A stretch of DNA of 64,000 bases, from positions 25,048,001 through 25,112,000 of the forward strand of contig OZ024748.1 of NCBI GenBank assembly GCA_964016885.1. The letters are read 5' to 3'. Shown here piece by piece: positions 1-11,102 of the stretch; within the stretch, counting starts at the first letter, position 1; each line of letters opens with the position of its first letter. Below the pieces are notes generated by a model, which ran no database searches, was not told the origin of the DNA, and worked only from the letters and a program-made list of their open reading frames with translations. This stretch comes from Eledone cirrhosa. Lineage: Eukaryota. The translations under genes and the position numbers were made by a program.

Positions 1-18
1 ATACACACACATATATAC

Positions 19-92
<74 letters not shown>
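1..92. repeat. (TA)n/(TG)n microsatellite
   Basis: Direct reading of dinucleotide runs. Confidence 0.95.
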
Positions 93-93
<1 letters not shown>

Positions 94-660
94 AAGAACT
101 ATTTGCAACCGTGCTGCATAAAATGTGACAAGTATGATGATACATTAGAGGTCATAAAGAAGACACACTGAACTTATTAACTCGACCTGTTAACAGGTCA
201 GGTTATTAACATTCAATAAGAAATACTTTCTCTTCAGTTGATTGTTATTATCTTTCCCTGTGATTATGCATGAAAGGGCGATTCATTCCATTAAGGCTTG
301 TGGAGGTAGTATGATTGAAGAGATATCGATTTTGTTAATCACTAACTTCAATCATATTAGCATTCTATGCTTGGAAACACATCAAAGTACAGATTGGCTA
401 AATTTAATTCTGATTTCTCCACTTTGCCTGTTCTGATTTCTATGAATTAATCCACCTCTTCTAAACCATAAAAATAACACCCTTCAATCTCAGTAAGCAG
501 TATTTCGTATTAGAAGATTCTAGACAGGTTCTGATAAAATGCAATTTGTAGTCAGTCATAAAATGTTACACTGATGGATCAGTTTTCATAGAAACTAATG
601 AGTTTCAGCTCCTCTTTAATTCAGTTTTGTACATCGAACTTTGCTTCAAATTACAAGTCT

Positions 661-761
661 GTTATCATCACCATCACCATCATCGTCGTCGTCGTCGTAG
701 TCGTCATCAGCATCGTCATCAACATCGTCATCATCATCATCATCATCATCGTCGTCATCAA

Positions 762-792
<31 letters not shown>

Positions 793-851
793 GTCATCAG
801 CATCGTCATCAACATCGTCATCATCATCATCATCATCATCGTCGTCATCAA

Positions 852-897
<46 letters not shown>

Positions 898-922
898 GTC
901 ATCATCGTCGTCATCAACATCG

Positions 923-954
<32 letters not shown>

Positions 955-1007
955 GTCATCATCATCATCATCATCATCATCATCACCATCACCATCATCA
1001 TCATCGT
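661..1007. repeat. Imperfect (CAT/CGT)n trinucleotide microsatellite
   Basis: CAT runs with CGT/CAA/CAG interruptions. Explains the poly-H/I/M ORFs. Confidence 0.95.
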
Positions 1008-1058
1008 TGTGATCGTTGTTTATGTTGCGCCTAAATCAGAAACCCTTATTATTATTAT

Positions 1059-1520
1059 TTACGGGGTCGATAAAATAAAGTACCAGTAATGCACTGGGTA
1101 ATTGCTGGCCTTGTGCCTAAAGTAGAAACAATTATTTGCCAGTATCGGTAGAAGGTCGGACGCCATGCTTTGACGCATAGAGTTACGGCCCTTGCCATTC
1201 TGAGTTCAAATCCTGCCGAGGTTAACTTTGCCTTTCATTCTTACGGGGTCGATAAAATAAAGTACCAGTAATACACTGGATAATTGCTGGCCTTGTGCCA
1301 AAAGTAGAAACAATTATTATTATTAGGGTGGTGGATTGGTAGTATCGGTAGAGCGTCGGACGCCATGCTTTGCAGCTTAGAGTCCCGGCCCTTTAAGTTC
1401 TGAGTTCAAATCCTTACTGGGTCGATAACATGAAGCACCTGTAATGTACTGGCGTCAATTTAATCGATTTTCCTCTCCCTAAAATTACTGGCCTTGACCC
1501 TAAATCAGAAACCATTATGA
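1059..1520 (+). mobile_element. Tandem cluster of tRNA-derived SINE family 1 copies
   Basis: A-box-like TGGCAGTATCGGTAGA, B-box-like GAGTTCAAATCC and core GCCGAGGTTAACTTTGCCTTTCATCCTTACGGGGTCGATAAAATAAAGTACCAG. Roughly 20 copies occur in the window. Confidence 0.85.
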
Positions 1521-1524
1521 TTAT

Positions 1525-1566
<42 letters not shown>

Positions 1567-1577
1567 AGCAAATCCTC

Positions 1578-1602
1578 TTAATTCTGCTGGATCTCAAACG
1601 TA
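1578..1602 (-). CDS. Possible terminal coding exon of the VirK-like gene (S-TFEIQQN*)
   Basis: T-rich tract then CAG at 1603-1605. Phase 2 entry matches the previous exon. Very short, so weak support. Confidence 0.2.
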
Positions 1603-1825
1603 CTGGACCATTAATAAACAAAAAACAAAAATTTCCTTTATGCCGAGAGTGGGTCATAATTAGCTGACAGCGATGGCGTGCTTGTATTAATGCAAATGGG
1701 CATCATTTTGGACCCTTATATGTGTATACAAGTGTGTGTGTGAGAGATGGGAGGGGTGCGATTGATATTATATTTATCGATTTCGAAAAGATGAAATCTA
1801 AAATTGATCTCCAAGTATTGCATTG

Positions 1826-2065
1826 AAGGCGCGTGACTTAGTGGCTAAAGAATTGGATTCACAATCGTGCGGTTGTGAGTTCGTTGCGTTATGTCCTTCA
1901 GCAAGACAATTTATTTTACGTTTCTCTTTCTGCCAGCAGCTGCGACCGGTAGATAGTATCAGATCAGCAATTAGACAGAGCAAAGGAAACATTGTTTCCT
2001 CGGTCCGATTTGACGAGTTCCACCCCACTCGGCCAGCGAATGAGGTCAGGGATCTAGGCGATCGT
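1826..2065 (+). mobile_element. tRNA-derived SINE family 3 copy
   Basis: GGCGCGTGACTTAGTGG head and ...TGTCCTTCAGCAAGACA... body. Homologous to 29699-29950 and 57590-57832. Confidence 0.75.
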
Positions 2066-2220
2066 TTTTATTTTTTTCTTCAGTAGAAGAAGAATAAAAA
2101 AAAAAACGGCGGTGGTGGTGGTGGTCTTTATATAGTAGTGTCGTTGTTGTTCGAACTGGAAAATGTCTGTGCGTTGATGTTCTCTCTCTTTCACTCACTG
2201 CCTCTGTCTCTCTCGCTCTC

Positions 2221-2418
2221 CCCATCTCTCATTAAGATAGAGAAGGCGTTTCCGCGGAGGATGGTGAGGGAGAGGCATTAGAAGAGCCATTCCAGCTCAT
2301 GAGGCTCACACATGCGCCTAGCCAACTCTGTGCCGATGGTGGTGAGTAATGGGGTGGTTCTAGGGCCAAGAACACCAGAAGTCTCCACTACTACAGGCTC
2401 GACCGCAAACCTGTCGGA
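2221..2418 (-). mobile_element. 3' remnant of a CRE-like non-LTR retrotransposon (RLE C-terminus), degenerate
   Basis: Manual translation SDRFAVEPVVVETSGVLGPRTTPLLTTIGTELARRMCEPHELEWLF*CLSLTILRGNAFSIL matches the P.xxETxGxxG...LSxxIxRGNA tail of CRE-type elements. One in-frame stop at 2278-2280. Confidence 0.7.
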
Positions 2419-2420
2419 GG

Positions 2421-3521
2421 TAAGATCTTACCTTTGTATGACTAAAATAAGAGCTTACCTTTGTATGACTAAAATAAGAGTTTATCTTTGTATGACTAAA
2501 ATAAGATCTTACCTTTGTATGACTAAAATAAGAGCTTATCTTTGTATGACTAAAATAAGAGTTTATCTTTGTATGACTAAAATAAGATCTTACCTTTGTA
2601 TGACTAAAATAAGAGCTTACCTTTGTATGACTAAAATAAGAGCTTACCTTTGTATGACTAAAATAAGAGCTTATCTTTGTATGACTAAAATAAGAGCTTA
2701 TCTTTGTATGACTAAAATAAGAGTTTATCTTTGTATGACTAAAATAAGAGCTTACCTTTGTATGACTAAAATAAGAGTTTATCTTTGTATGACTAAAATA
2801 AGAGCTTACCTTTGTATGACTAAAATAAGAGCTTACCTTTGTATGACTAAAATAAGAGCTTACCTTTGTATGACTAAAATAAGAGCTTATCTTTGTATGA
2901 CTAAAATAAGAGTTTATCTTTGTATGACTAAAATAAGAGCTTACCTTTGTATGACTAAAATAAGAGCTTACCTTTGTATGACTAAAATAAGAGCTTATCT
3001 TTGTATGACTAAAATAAGAGCTTATCTTTGTATGACTAAAATAAGAGTTTATCTTTGTATGACTAAAATAAGAGCTTACCTTTGTATGACTAAAATAAGA
3101 GTTTATCTTTGTATGACTAAAATAAGAGTTTATCTTTGTATGACTAAAATAAGAGCTTACCTTTGTATGACTAAAATAAGAGTTTATCTTTGTATGACTA
3201 AAATAAGAGTTTATCTTTGTATGACTAAAATAAGTGCTTACCTTTGTATGACTAAAATAAGAGCTTACCTTTGTATGACTAAAATAAGAGCTTATCTTTG
3301 TATGACTAAAATAAGAGTTTATCTTTGTATGACTAAAATAAGAGCTTACCTTTGTATGACTAAAATAAGAGTTTATCTTTGTATGACTAAAATAAGAGTT
3401 TATCTTTGTATGACTAAAATAAGAGCTTACCTTTGTATGACTAAAATAAGAGTTTATCTTTGTATGACTAAAATAAGAGCTTACCTTTGTATGACTAAAA
3501 TAAGAGCTTACCTTTGTATGA
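2421..3521. repeat. 27-bp minisatellite, ~41 copies, containing the exon end and splice donor
   Basis: Unit AGAGCTTACCTTTGTATGACTAAAATA; on the minus strand TATTTTAG-TCATACAAAG-GTAAGCTCT. Confidence 0.95.
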
Positions 3522-3650
3522 CGTCATAGAGCTGACAAAACCATTTGCCTTGTTTCTGAATGTGACTCTGAGGAGGCAGCAAGTATGTTACTGTCACATA
3601 AACAGACGAGTTACTGTAGACAACAACTTCTTTTAATATAGAAACAAATC
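3512..3650 (-). CDS. Coding exon, C-terminal half of VirK-like domain
   Basis: Acceptor TTTGTTTGTTTCGTGCCAG, donor AG/GTAAGC, 139 nt, phase 1 to 2. Open frame GFVSILKEVVVYSNSSVYVTVTYLLPPQSHIQKQGKWFCQLYDVIQ continues exon 5458-5750 in phase. Not in the ORF track. Confidence 0.8.
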
Positions 3651-3709
3651 CTGGCACGAAACAAACAAAATAGGTTTAGTACAGTTAAAGAAAAACAAAC
3701 GTGTTACAT

Positions 3710-3868
3710 GTATGTGTGTGTGTGTGTGTGTGTCTGATTATGTTTGTATGTGCGTGTGTGACTATGTTTGTATGTATGTGTGTATGTATCTGACTGTTTT
3801 TATGTGCGTGTGTGTGTTTGTATGTGCATGTGTGTGGGTATGTGACTATGTATGTGTGTGTGTGTATT

Positions 3869-3922
<54 letters not shown>
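3710..3922. repeat. Degenerate (TG)n microsatellite
   Basis: Direct reading. Confidence 0.9.
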
Positions 3923-4329
3923 CTTGTTAGTGCGTATAGATACAACAAGGCCGAATAGTTAAACATCTCGCTTCGCAATCATTAGGTTTGGAGTTCGATA
4001 CCACTGCGTGGCATCTTAAACAAATGTCATTTAAGAATATACATATATATATATAATAGGAGTTTATATCGATATCCAGTGATATATAAATATGCATGTA
4101 TGTATATATATATATATAATTCCTCATGTTGTCAAATAGATGGGTTGTCAGTGTTTAGTCCACCGACTCATGATATCTGCTGGATCTTTGACGAGAACGT
4201 GCCCATCTTTGGACATTAATGGTGACATTTTTTTAGGGTTGTGGACCAAACACTTGCCTTATTGTGCTGTATAATGCCTTCAAGACTCCGCAGCGAAAGA
4301 TCATCAAATATTGATGTGATGTCTTCGAG

Positions 4330-4572
4330 AAAAAGCGAGTGGAGCATGCTGTTTCGAAGCGTTCACTTCGTAAGCAGGACTCAAGTGCAAAATTTCAGCA
4401 AGAATTGCGGTGCAATTTATGTAACCGATTTCTTCTAACACTAGCTGGTTTTGTTAACCATCTGAAGTCACAGGAGCCAGGGAGATGGTTCTGTAAGATG
4501 GTTCTACCGTCACGCACTCTACGGTACATTTGCAGTGAGTGTGACTTAATTTGGACTGACCAGACATGGTAA
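4330..4572 (+). mobile_element. Degenerate 3' end of an RTE-like LINE with C2H2-like fingers
   Basis: EHAVSKRSLRK...CNLCNRFLLTLAGFVNHLKS...CSEC. Similar architecture to 37440-37870. Confidence 0.45.
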
Positions 4573-4633
4573 AATGCATGAAGATACACCCCAGTCGGTT
4601 TTACCAGGAGACATATATATATATATACGAGAC

Positions 4634-4667
<34 letters not shown>

Positions 4668-4771
4668 AAAAGAATGAAACGAAATTTCATTTCTCACTCT
4701 TAGTACGGGTGATACTTAAATGTAAGTATGTATATATACGTACACACATATATGTATACAGACGTAGAGTA

Positions 4772-4841
<70 letters not shown>

Positions 4842-4967
4842 ACAGTAGTATATATATATATATATATATATACACGAGCGGGTGTGAAGAGTCACCTGCT
4901 TGCACATGATCGTGCAATGTTTAATCAAGGGATGGCACTCTCTGACAAGAAGTAGCAATCAACATAA

Positions 4968-5021
<54 letters not shown>

Positions 5022-5075
5022 GTGAGGTTTTTTTTACAAAATGAAAAATAACCGAGGTGTTCTACACGTGAAAGT

Positions 5076-5370
5076 ATAAAGAAAAAGAGATGAAATCGAA
5101 AATGCAACTGGAGTCTTATTTTTTTAAAACATATATATATTTATTTGGTTCCTTTACCGGTTTCGCAGTTCTTCTGCTTTTCAAAAGGTGAGTTGAGATG
5201 GAGGGTCTGTGGTTTTTCTCACATCAGATGTGAGAAAAACCACAGACCCTCCATCTCAACTCACCTTTTGAAAAGGAGAAGAACTGCGAAATCGGTAAAG
5301 GAACCAAATAAATATATATATGTTTTAAAAAAATAAGACTCCAGTTGCATTTTCGATTTCATCTCTTTTT

Positions 5371-5376
<6 letters not shown>
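5076..5376. repeat. ~300-bp near-perfect palindrome (fold-back element), centre 5226
   Basis: Arms are reverse complements with about 2 mismatches. A (TA)n tract abuts the right end and another lies just upstream. Confidence 0.95.
5151..5188 (-). ncRNA. Minimal type I hammerhead ribozyme motif (U3-A8 variant)
   Basis: CCUU-UUGAAAA-GCAG[AAGAA]CUGC-GAAA-CCGG-UA-AAGG: stem I CCUU/AAGG, stem II 4 bp, palindromic stem III. Mirror copy with 2 substitutions at 5264-5301 (+). Confidence 0.75.
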
Positions 5377-5414
<38 letters not shown>

Positions 5415-5457
5415 TCTTTTCACTTCAGTTTAGCTATTTGAATGTATTTTTACTTAC

Positions 5458-5750
5458 CTGATTCTGTGTGAATTAATTTGTGGTGAGAAAATTCCAGTCG
5501 TAGAATCTCTTTCTTTTTATAATCTCTAAATATTTCATATGTATCAACGTAGTCTCCGAACGATAAACGGTCCACCTTGGTACCAGAAACCAGGTAGCAA
5601 TTGGTTAGATTAACTGTATATCTTACACTATGACCTGACGTTAAAGCTCCTGCTAAACTAACCAAGTCACGCAACTCCCAAGGTCCAATATACAAGTTAG
5701 CTAACTTCGGCGAGTCTTTTTGAAATTTACGAGATCTGCCGAAACGTAAC
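5458..5750 (-). CDS. Coding exon, N-terminal half of VirK-like domain
   Basis: Acceptor TTTCTATTCCAG, perfect donor CAG/GTAAGT, 293 nt, phase 2 to 1. Non-repetitive peptide ...LAGALTSGHSVRYTVNLTNC...GDYVDTYEIF...LEFSHHKL. Confidence 0.85.
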
Positions 5751-6025
5751 CTGGAATAGAAATCAATAAATGAATAAGGAAAAATTACAAACAAAATACT
5801 GTTCGACGAAGAAATATTAATACATTAGTACATATATAAAAGCAGCGATCAAGCTGAAACTTCGAAGTCACTGCCACTTTTCTACACAGAAAATAACATT
5901 TACACAACAAGCAGTGAGTGCTCATTCGGTTAATGTTTGAATGTTATGATTGCTAGGGCATTTTAAACATCCATTCTAATATTATATATGCCTGTCCCTT
6001 CAATCTTTCTAATTTCTCATTCTTT

Positions 6026-6060
6026 CTTCTGATGAAGGACTAGCATCCGAAACGGTAAGA
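6026..6060 (+). ncRNA. Hammerhead-like core within a dispersed Penelope pLTR-like repeat
   Basis: CUGAUGA-A-GGA[CUAGCA]UCC-GAAA-CGG-UA; stem I is weak. Downstream ...AGCGTTAACCTAATA is shared with 54345-54420 and the reverse copies near 7000-7060 and 46365-46475. Confidence 0.5.
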
Positions 6061-6249
6061 CCCTCTTCCTGCTATTTCAAGCGTTAACCTAATATGTTCC
6101 TTCCATATATTGTACCGATTTTGTTGTTATTTCTGTTTTCCTTATACACATATGTATATATATATATATGTGTGTGTGTGTGAGTGTGTGTGTGTGTGTG
6201 TGGTGTGTGTGTATGTGTGTGTGAGTGTGTGTGTGTGTGTATAAATAAA

Positions 6250-6440
6250 GAGGGCATGGTAAGATACCAGGTAGAGCATAACTCACCAGAGTACTCAATA
6301 CTTAGGGTAGTAGAGTGGGTAGTAGGAAAAGAGTCAGGACCTCGATGGCTGAGCTCCGGCCGTTTCGACAGCTAGATCTAGTTCGGATCTAGCTGTTGAA
6401 ACGGGCGGAGCTCAGCCGTCGGGGTCCTGCCTCTTTTCCT
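6250..6440 (+). mobile_element. Small non-autonomous element ending in a ~118-bp hairpin
   Basis: Inverted repeat at 6323-6440. Homologous inverted copy at 45127-45320 and degenerate copy at 60217-60335, all flanked by TA-rich simple repeats. Confidence 0.65.
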
Positions 6441-6692
6441 ATATATATATATATATATATACACACACATATTTACGCGTGTAGAAAATGTGTTAAATTT
6501 CTAAAAGACTTTGGTTTTTCTTTTAAATACACTCACATACATACGCGCGCACACACACACACCACATATAAATATACATATATATATATGTATGTATACA
6601 TATGTTTGTGCGTATATGTACGTACGTGTGTATAAATGTACGTATGTATATATATATACATATATATGTATGTATATAGATGATGTATGATA

Positions 6693-6757
<65 letters not shown>

Positions 6758-6945
6758 TATGTGTGTGTGTATGTATGTATATATGTATAAATTAACTATG
6801 GAGATATAAAAGATACAGAAGCGAAAACTAATCCAAACCAAACATTGAGTGTGTTTTATTATTATTTCTGGCAATATTATAATAATATGACCTTCCCAAA
6901 ATATAACCTTATATATATATATATATATATCATATATCATATATC

Positions 6946-6995
<50 letters not shown>

Positions 6996-7807
6996 AAAAT
7001 TTGAACGGGAACAAAACAGAGAGGCAGTACGAACAAATGTTTATTAGTTTCACGCTCTTGAGAGTGGGGTGGTGGTGATATATATCATTTATTATATATT
7101 CCTGATCCCTATATGAACTTTTATCTATACAATGCATCATATAAATACACTTTTCAAGATATTGTGACCTCCACCATTTAGATGGTACTATATACAATCT
7201 TTAATAAATACCTAAAACACTTCAAATATTTTTCAATTTTCACCAATTTCAACATATCAATTCCACTGGTGACTTCATGCTATGTATGATTGATTAAGAC
7301 TGGAAACAAAGCAAGAATATTCAGCTCGATATTTGTTAAAACGGAAACAACACCCAAAACTTCTGTCTACATTCTCTTCCTTCGGGTTAAACCTGAAAGT
7401 AATCGCAAAGATTAATCTGATCCACCTTACTGGTCTTTCGTTAATTTCGAGTTCCAAACCCTTTCCATCACCTCAATTAGCTTGAACCCTCAAGCAGACC
7501 TATTTATAATTTCTAGTATCAACGTCACGCCGCCTCAATTAGCTTCAACCATCTAAATGACTTTTCTGTAGTTTCTAGTATCAACCGCAGCCTCGGGTAC
7601 CCTGAACCGTCTAGCTGACTTTTCTAGTTTCAATGCCACTCCATAACCTCTCACATCTGTTAATGGTAACTATCTCTTACTCTCATTATAATATTCCTCA
7701 ATAACTTTTCCTCGATGATCATTTATAGAATACAATTCTTTGTTGATAAAATAGCTTAAACAATTTCATTCATACCTTTATACCAGTAGCTGCCTATAAA
7801 CAACATA

Positions 7808-10782
7808 GCAGACACCGCTCTCTAGAAGGTGGGACAGACACTGCTTTCTAGAGCGTCGGACATCACTCTTTAGAAGATGACACAGACACCGCTCTCTAGA
7901 AGGTGGGACAGACACTGATTTCTAGAGGGTTGGACACCACTCTTTAGAAGGTGACACAGACACCGCTCTCTAGAAGGTGGGACAGACACTGCTTTCTAGA
8001 GGGTTGGACACCACTCTTTAGAAGGTGACACAGACACCGCTTTCTAGAAGGTGGGACAGACACTGCTTTCTAGAGCGTTGGACATCACTCTTTAGAAGGT
8101 GACACAGACACCGCTTTCTAGAAGGTGGGACAGACACTGCTCTCTAGAGCGTTGGACATCACTCTTTAGAAGGTGACACAGACACCGCTTTCTAGAAGGT
8201 GGGACAGACACTGCTTTCTAGAGCGTTGGACATCACTCTTTAGAAGGTGACACAGACGCCGCTTTCTAGAAGGTGGGACAGACACTGCTTTCTAGAGCGT
8301 TGGACACCACTCTTTAGAAGGTGACACAGACACCGCTTTCTAGAAGGTGGGACAGACACTGCTTTCTAGAGCGTTGGACATCACTCTTTAGAAGGTGACA
8401 CAGACACCGCTTTCTAGAAGGTGGGACAGACACTGCTTTCTAGAGCGTTGGACATCACTCTTTAGAAGGTGACACAGACACCGCTCTCTAGAAGGCGGGA
8501 CAGACACTGCTCTCTAGAGGGTTGGACACCACTCTTTAAAAGGTGACACAGACACCGCTTTCTAGAAGGTGGGACAGACACGGCTTTCTAGAGCGTTGGA
8601 CATCACTCTTTAGAAGGTGACACAGACACTGCTTTTTAGAAGGTGGGACAGACACTGCTCTCTAGAGCGTTGGACATCACTCTTTAGAAGGTGACACAGA
8701 CACCGCTTTCTAGAAGGTGGGACAGACACTGCTTTCTAGAGCGTTGGACATCACTCTTTAGAAGGTGACACAGACACCGCTTTCTAGAAGGTGGGTCAGA
8801 CACTGCTTTCTAGAGCGTTGGACACCACTCTTTAGAAGGTGACACAGACACCGCTTTCTAGAAGGTGTGACAGACACTGCTTTCTAGAGCGTTGGACATC
8901 ACTCTTTAGAAGGTGACACAGACACCGCTTTCTAGAAGGTGGGACAGACACTGCTCTCTAGAGCGTTGGACATCACTCTTTAGAAGGTGACACAGACACC
9001 GCTTTCTAGAAGGTGGGACAGACACTGCTTTCTAGAGCGTTGGACACCACTCTTTAGAAGGTGACACAGACACCGCTTTCTAGAAGGTGGGACAGACACT
9101 GCTTTCTAGAGCGTTGGACATCACTCTTTAGAAGGTGACACAGACACCGCTTTCTAGAAGGTGGGACAGACACTGCTCTCTAGAGCGTTGGACATCACTC
9201 TTTAGAAGGTGACACAGACACCGCTTTCTAGAAGGTGGGACAGACACTGCTTTCTAGAGCGTTGGACATCACTCTTTAGAAGGTGACACAGACACCGCTT
9301 TCTAGAAGGTGGGACAGACACTGCTTTCTAGAGCGTTGGACACCACTCTTTAGAAGGTGACACAGACACCGCTTTCTAGAAGGTGGGACAGACACTGCTT
9401 TCTAGAAGGTGGGACAGACACTGCTTTCTAGAGCGTTGGACACCACTCTTTAGAAGGTGACACAGACACCGCTTTCTAGAAGGTGGGACAGACACTGCTT
9501 TCTAGAGCGTTGGACACCACTCTTTAGAAGGTGACACAGACACCGCTTTCTAGAAGGTGGGACAGACACTGCTTTCTAGAGCGTTGGACACCACTCTTTA
9601 GAAGGTGACACAGACACCGCTTTCTAGAAGGTGGGACAGACACTGCTTTCTAGAGCGTTGGACATCACTCTTTAGAAGGTGACACAGACACCGCTTTCTA
9701 GAAGGTGGGACAGACACTGCTCTCTAGAGCGTTGGACATCACTCTTTAGAAGGTGACACAGACACCGCTTTCTAGAAGGTGGGACAGACACTGCTTTCTA
9801 GAGCGTTGGACATCACTCTTTAGAAGGTGACACAGACACCGCTTTCTAGAAGGTGGGACAGACACTGCTTTCTAGAGCGTTGGACACCACTCTTTAGAAG
9901 GTGCAACAGACACCGCTTTCTAGAAGGTGGGACAGACACTGCTTTCTAGAGCGTTGGACATCACTCTTTAGAAGGTGACACAGACACCGCTTTCTAGAAG
10001 GTGGGACAGACACTGCTTTCTAGAGCGTTGGACACCACTCTTTAGAAGGTGACACAGACACCGCTTTCTAGAAGGTGGGACAGACACTGCTTTCTAGAGC
10101 GTTGGACATCACTCTTTAGAAGGTGACACAGACACCGCTTTCTAGAAGGTGGGACAGACACTGCTTTCTAGAGCGTTGGACATCACTCTTTAGAAGGTGA
10201 CACAGACACCGCTTTCTAGAAGGTGGGACAGACACTGCTTTCTAGAAGGTGGGACAGACACTGCTCTCTAGAGCGTTGGACATCACTCTTTAGAAGGTGA
10301 CACAGACACCGCTTTCTAGAAGGTGGGATACCACTCTCTAGAAAGTGGATCACACTCTCTAGATGGTCGGTTACTCTTCTTTAGAAAGTGGGACACGGCT
10401 CTCTAGAAGGTGGGACACCACTCTCTAGAAAGTGGGACACGGCTCTCTAGAAGGTGGGACACCACTCTCTAGAAAGTGGGACACGGCTCTCTAGAAGGTG
10501 GGACACCACTCTCTAGAAAGTGGGACACGGCTCTCTAGAAGGTGGGACACCACTCTCTAGAAAGTGGGACGCGGCTCTCTAGAAGGTGGGACACCACTCT
10601 CTAGAAAGTGGGACACCGTTCTCTAGAAGGTGGCATGTCACCCTCTAGATGGAGGGACGCCACTCTCTAGAAGGTGGGGCACTCCTCTCTAGAAGGTGGC
10701 ATAAACACCGCTATCTAGTAGGTGGGAGAGACACCGCTCTCTAAAAGGTGAGATAGACACCGCTCTCTAGAAGGTGACACCC
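7808..10782. repeat. Compound satellite: ~34 x 74-bp (26+22+26) units grading into 44-bp (22+22) and degenerate 22/26-bp units
   Basis: Shared core GACAC..CTYTCTAGAAGGTGG. A period of 74 was verified between 8040 and 8114. Confidence 0.95.
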
Positions 10783-11102
10783 TCACCTTATCTCAAACGA
10801 AACTTGACGTTGTATGTCATTTCTATCTGATTTCAAATGTATCACACATAAAATCGTTCACATGGCTAAACTATTCTCTCTCACACCCTGTAACATATTT
10901 CTGATGCTGTGTAAACTAAGATCGCCGTTGAAATCCTTGGTTAAAATAATTTTTCTGTTGTGCTTTTAATTGTGATTTTATTTAACTCGGTGATGGTATT
11001 TTGTGTGAGGAGTTTTGGCTAGTTTAAGTTTGTTATATTTTGTTGATGGTTAGGGGTTGTGCAAGAGAAATTACATATCTCCACAACAAAGCCTACAACT
11101 AG

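Noticed and set aside
598-1089. Poly-His/Ile/Met ORFs (also at 39245-40234)
   Set aside because: Translations of (CAT)n microsatellites, open in several frames on both strands.
1136-1320. tRNA genes
   Set aside because: A/B boxes belong to multi-copy SINE heads and no full cloverleaf is evident.
2312-3529. 405-aa ORF of RAYLCMTKI repeats
   Set aside because: Plus-strand read-through of the 27-bp minisatellite. Its start lies antisense within a LINE remnant, and the real signals are on the minus strand.
4339-4572. Host C2H2 zinc-finger gene
   Set aside because: Fingers are incomplete and lack TGEKP linkers; the region better fits a decayed RTE-like LINE C-terminus.
7808-10782. CRISPR-like repeat/spacer array
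   Set aside because: No unique spacers and no cas genes; the context is eukaryotic.
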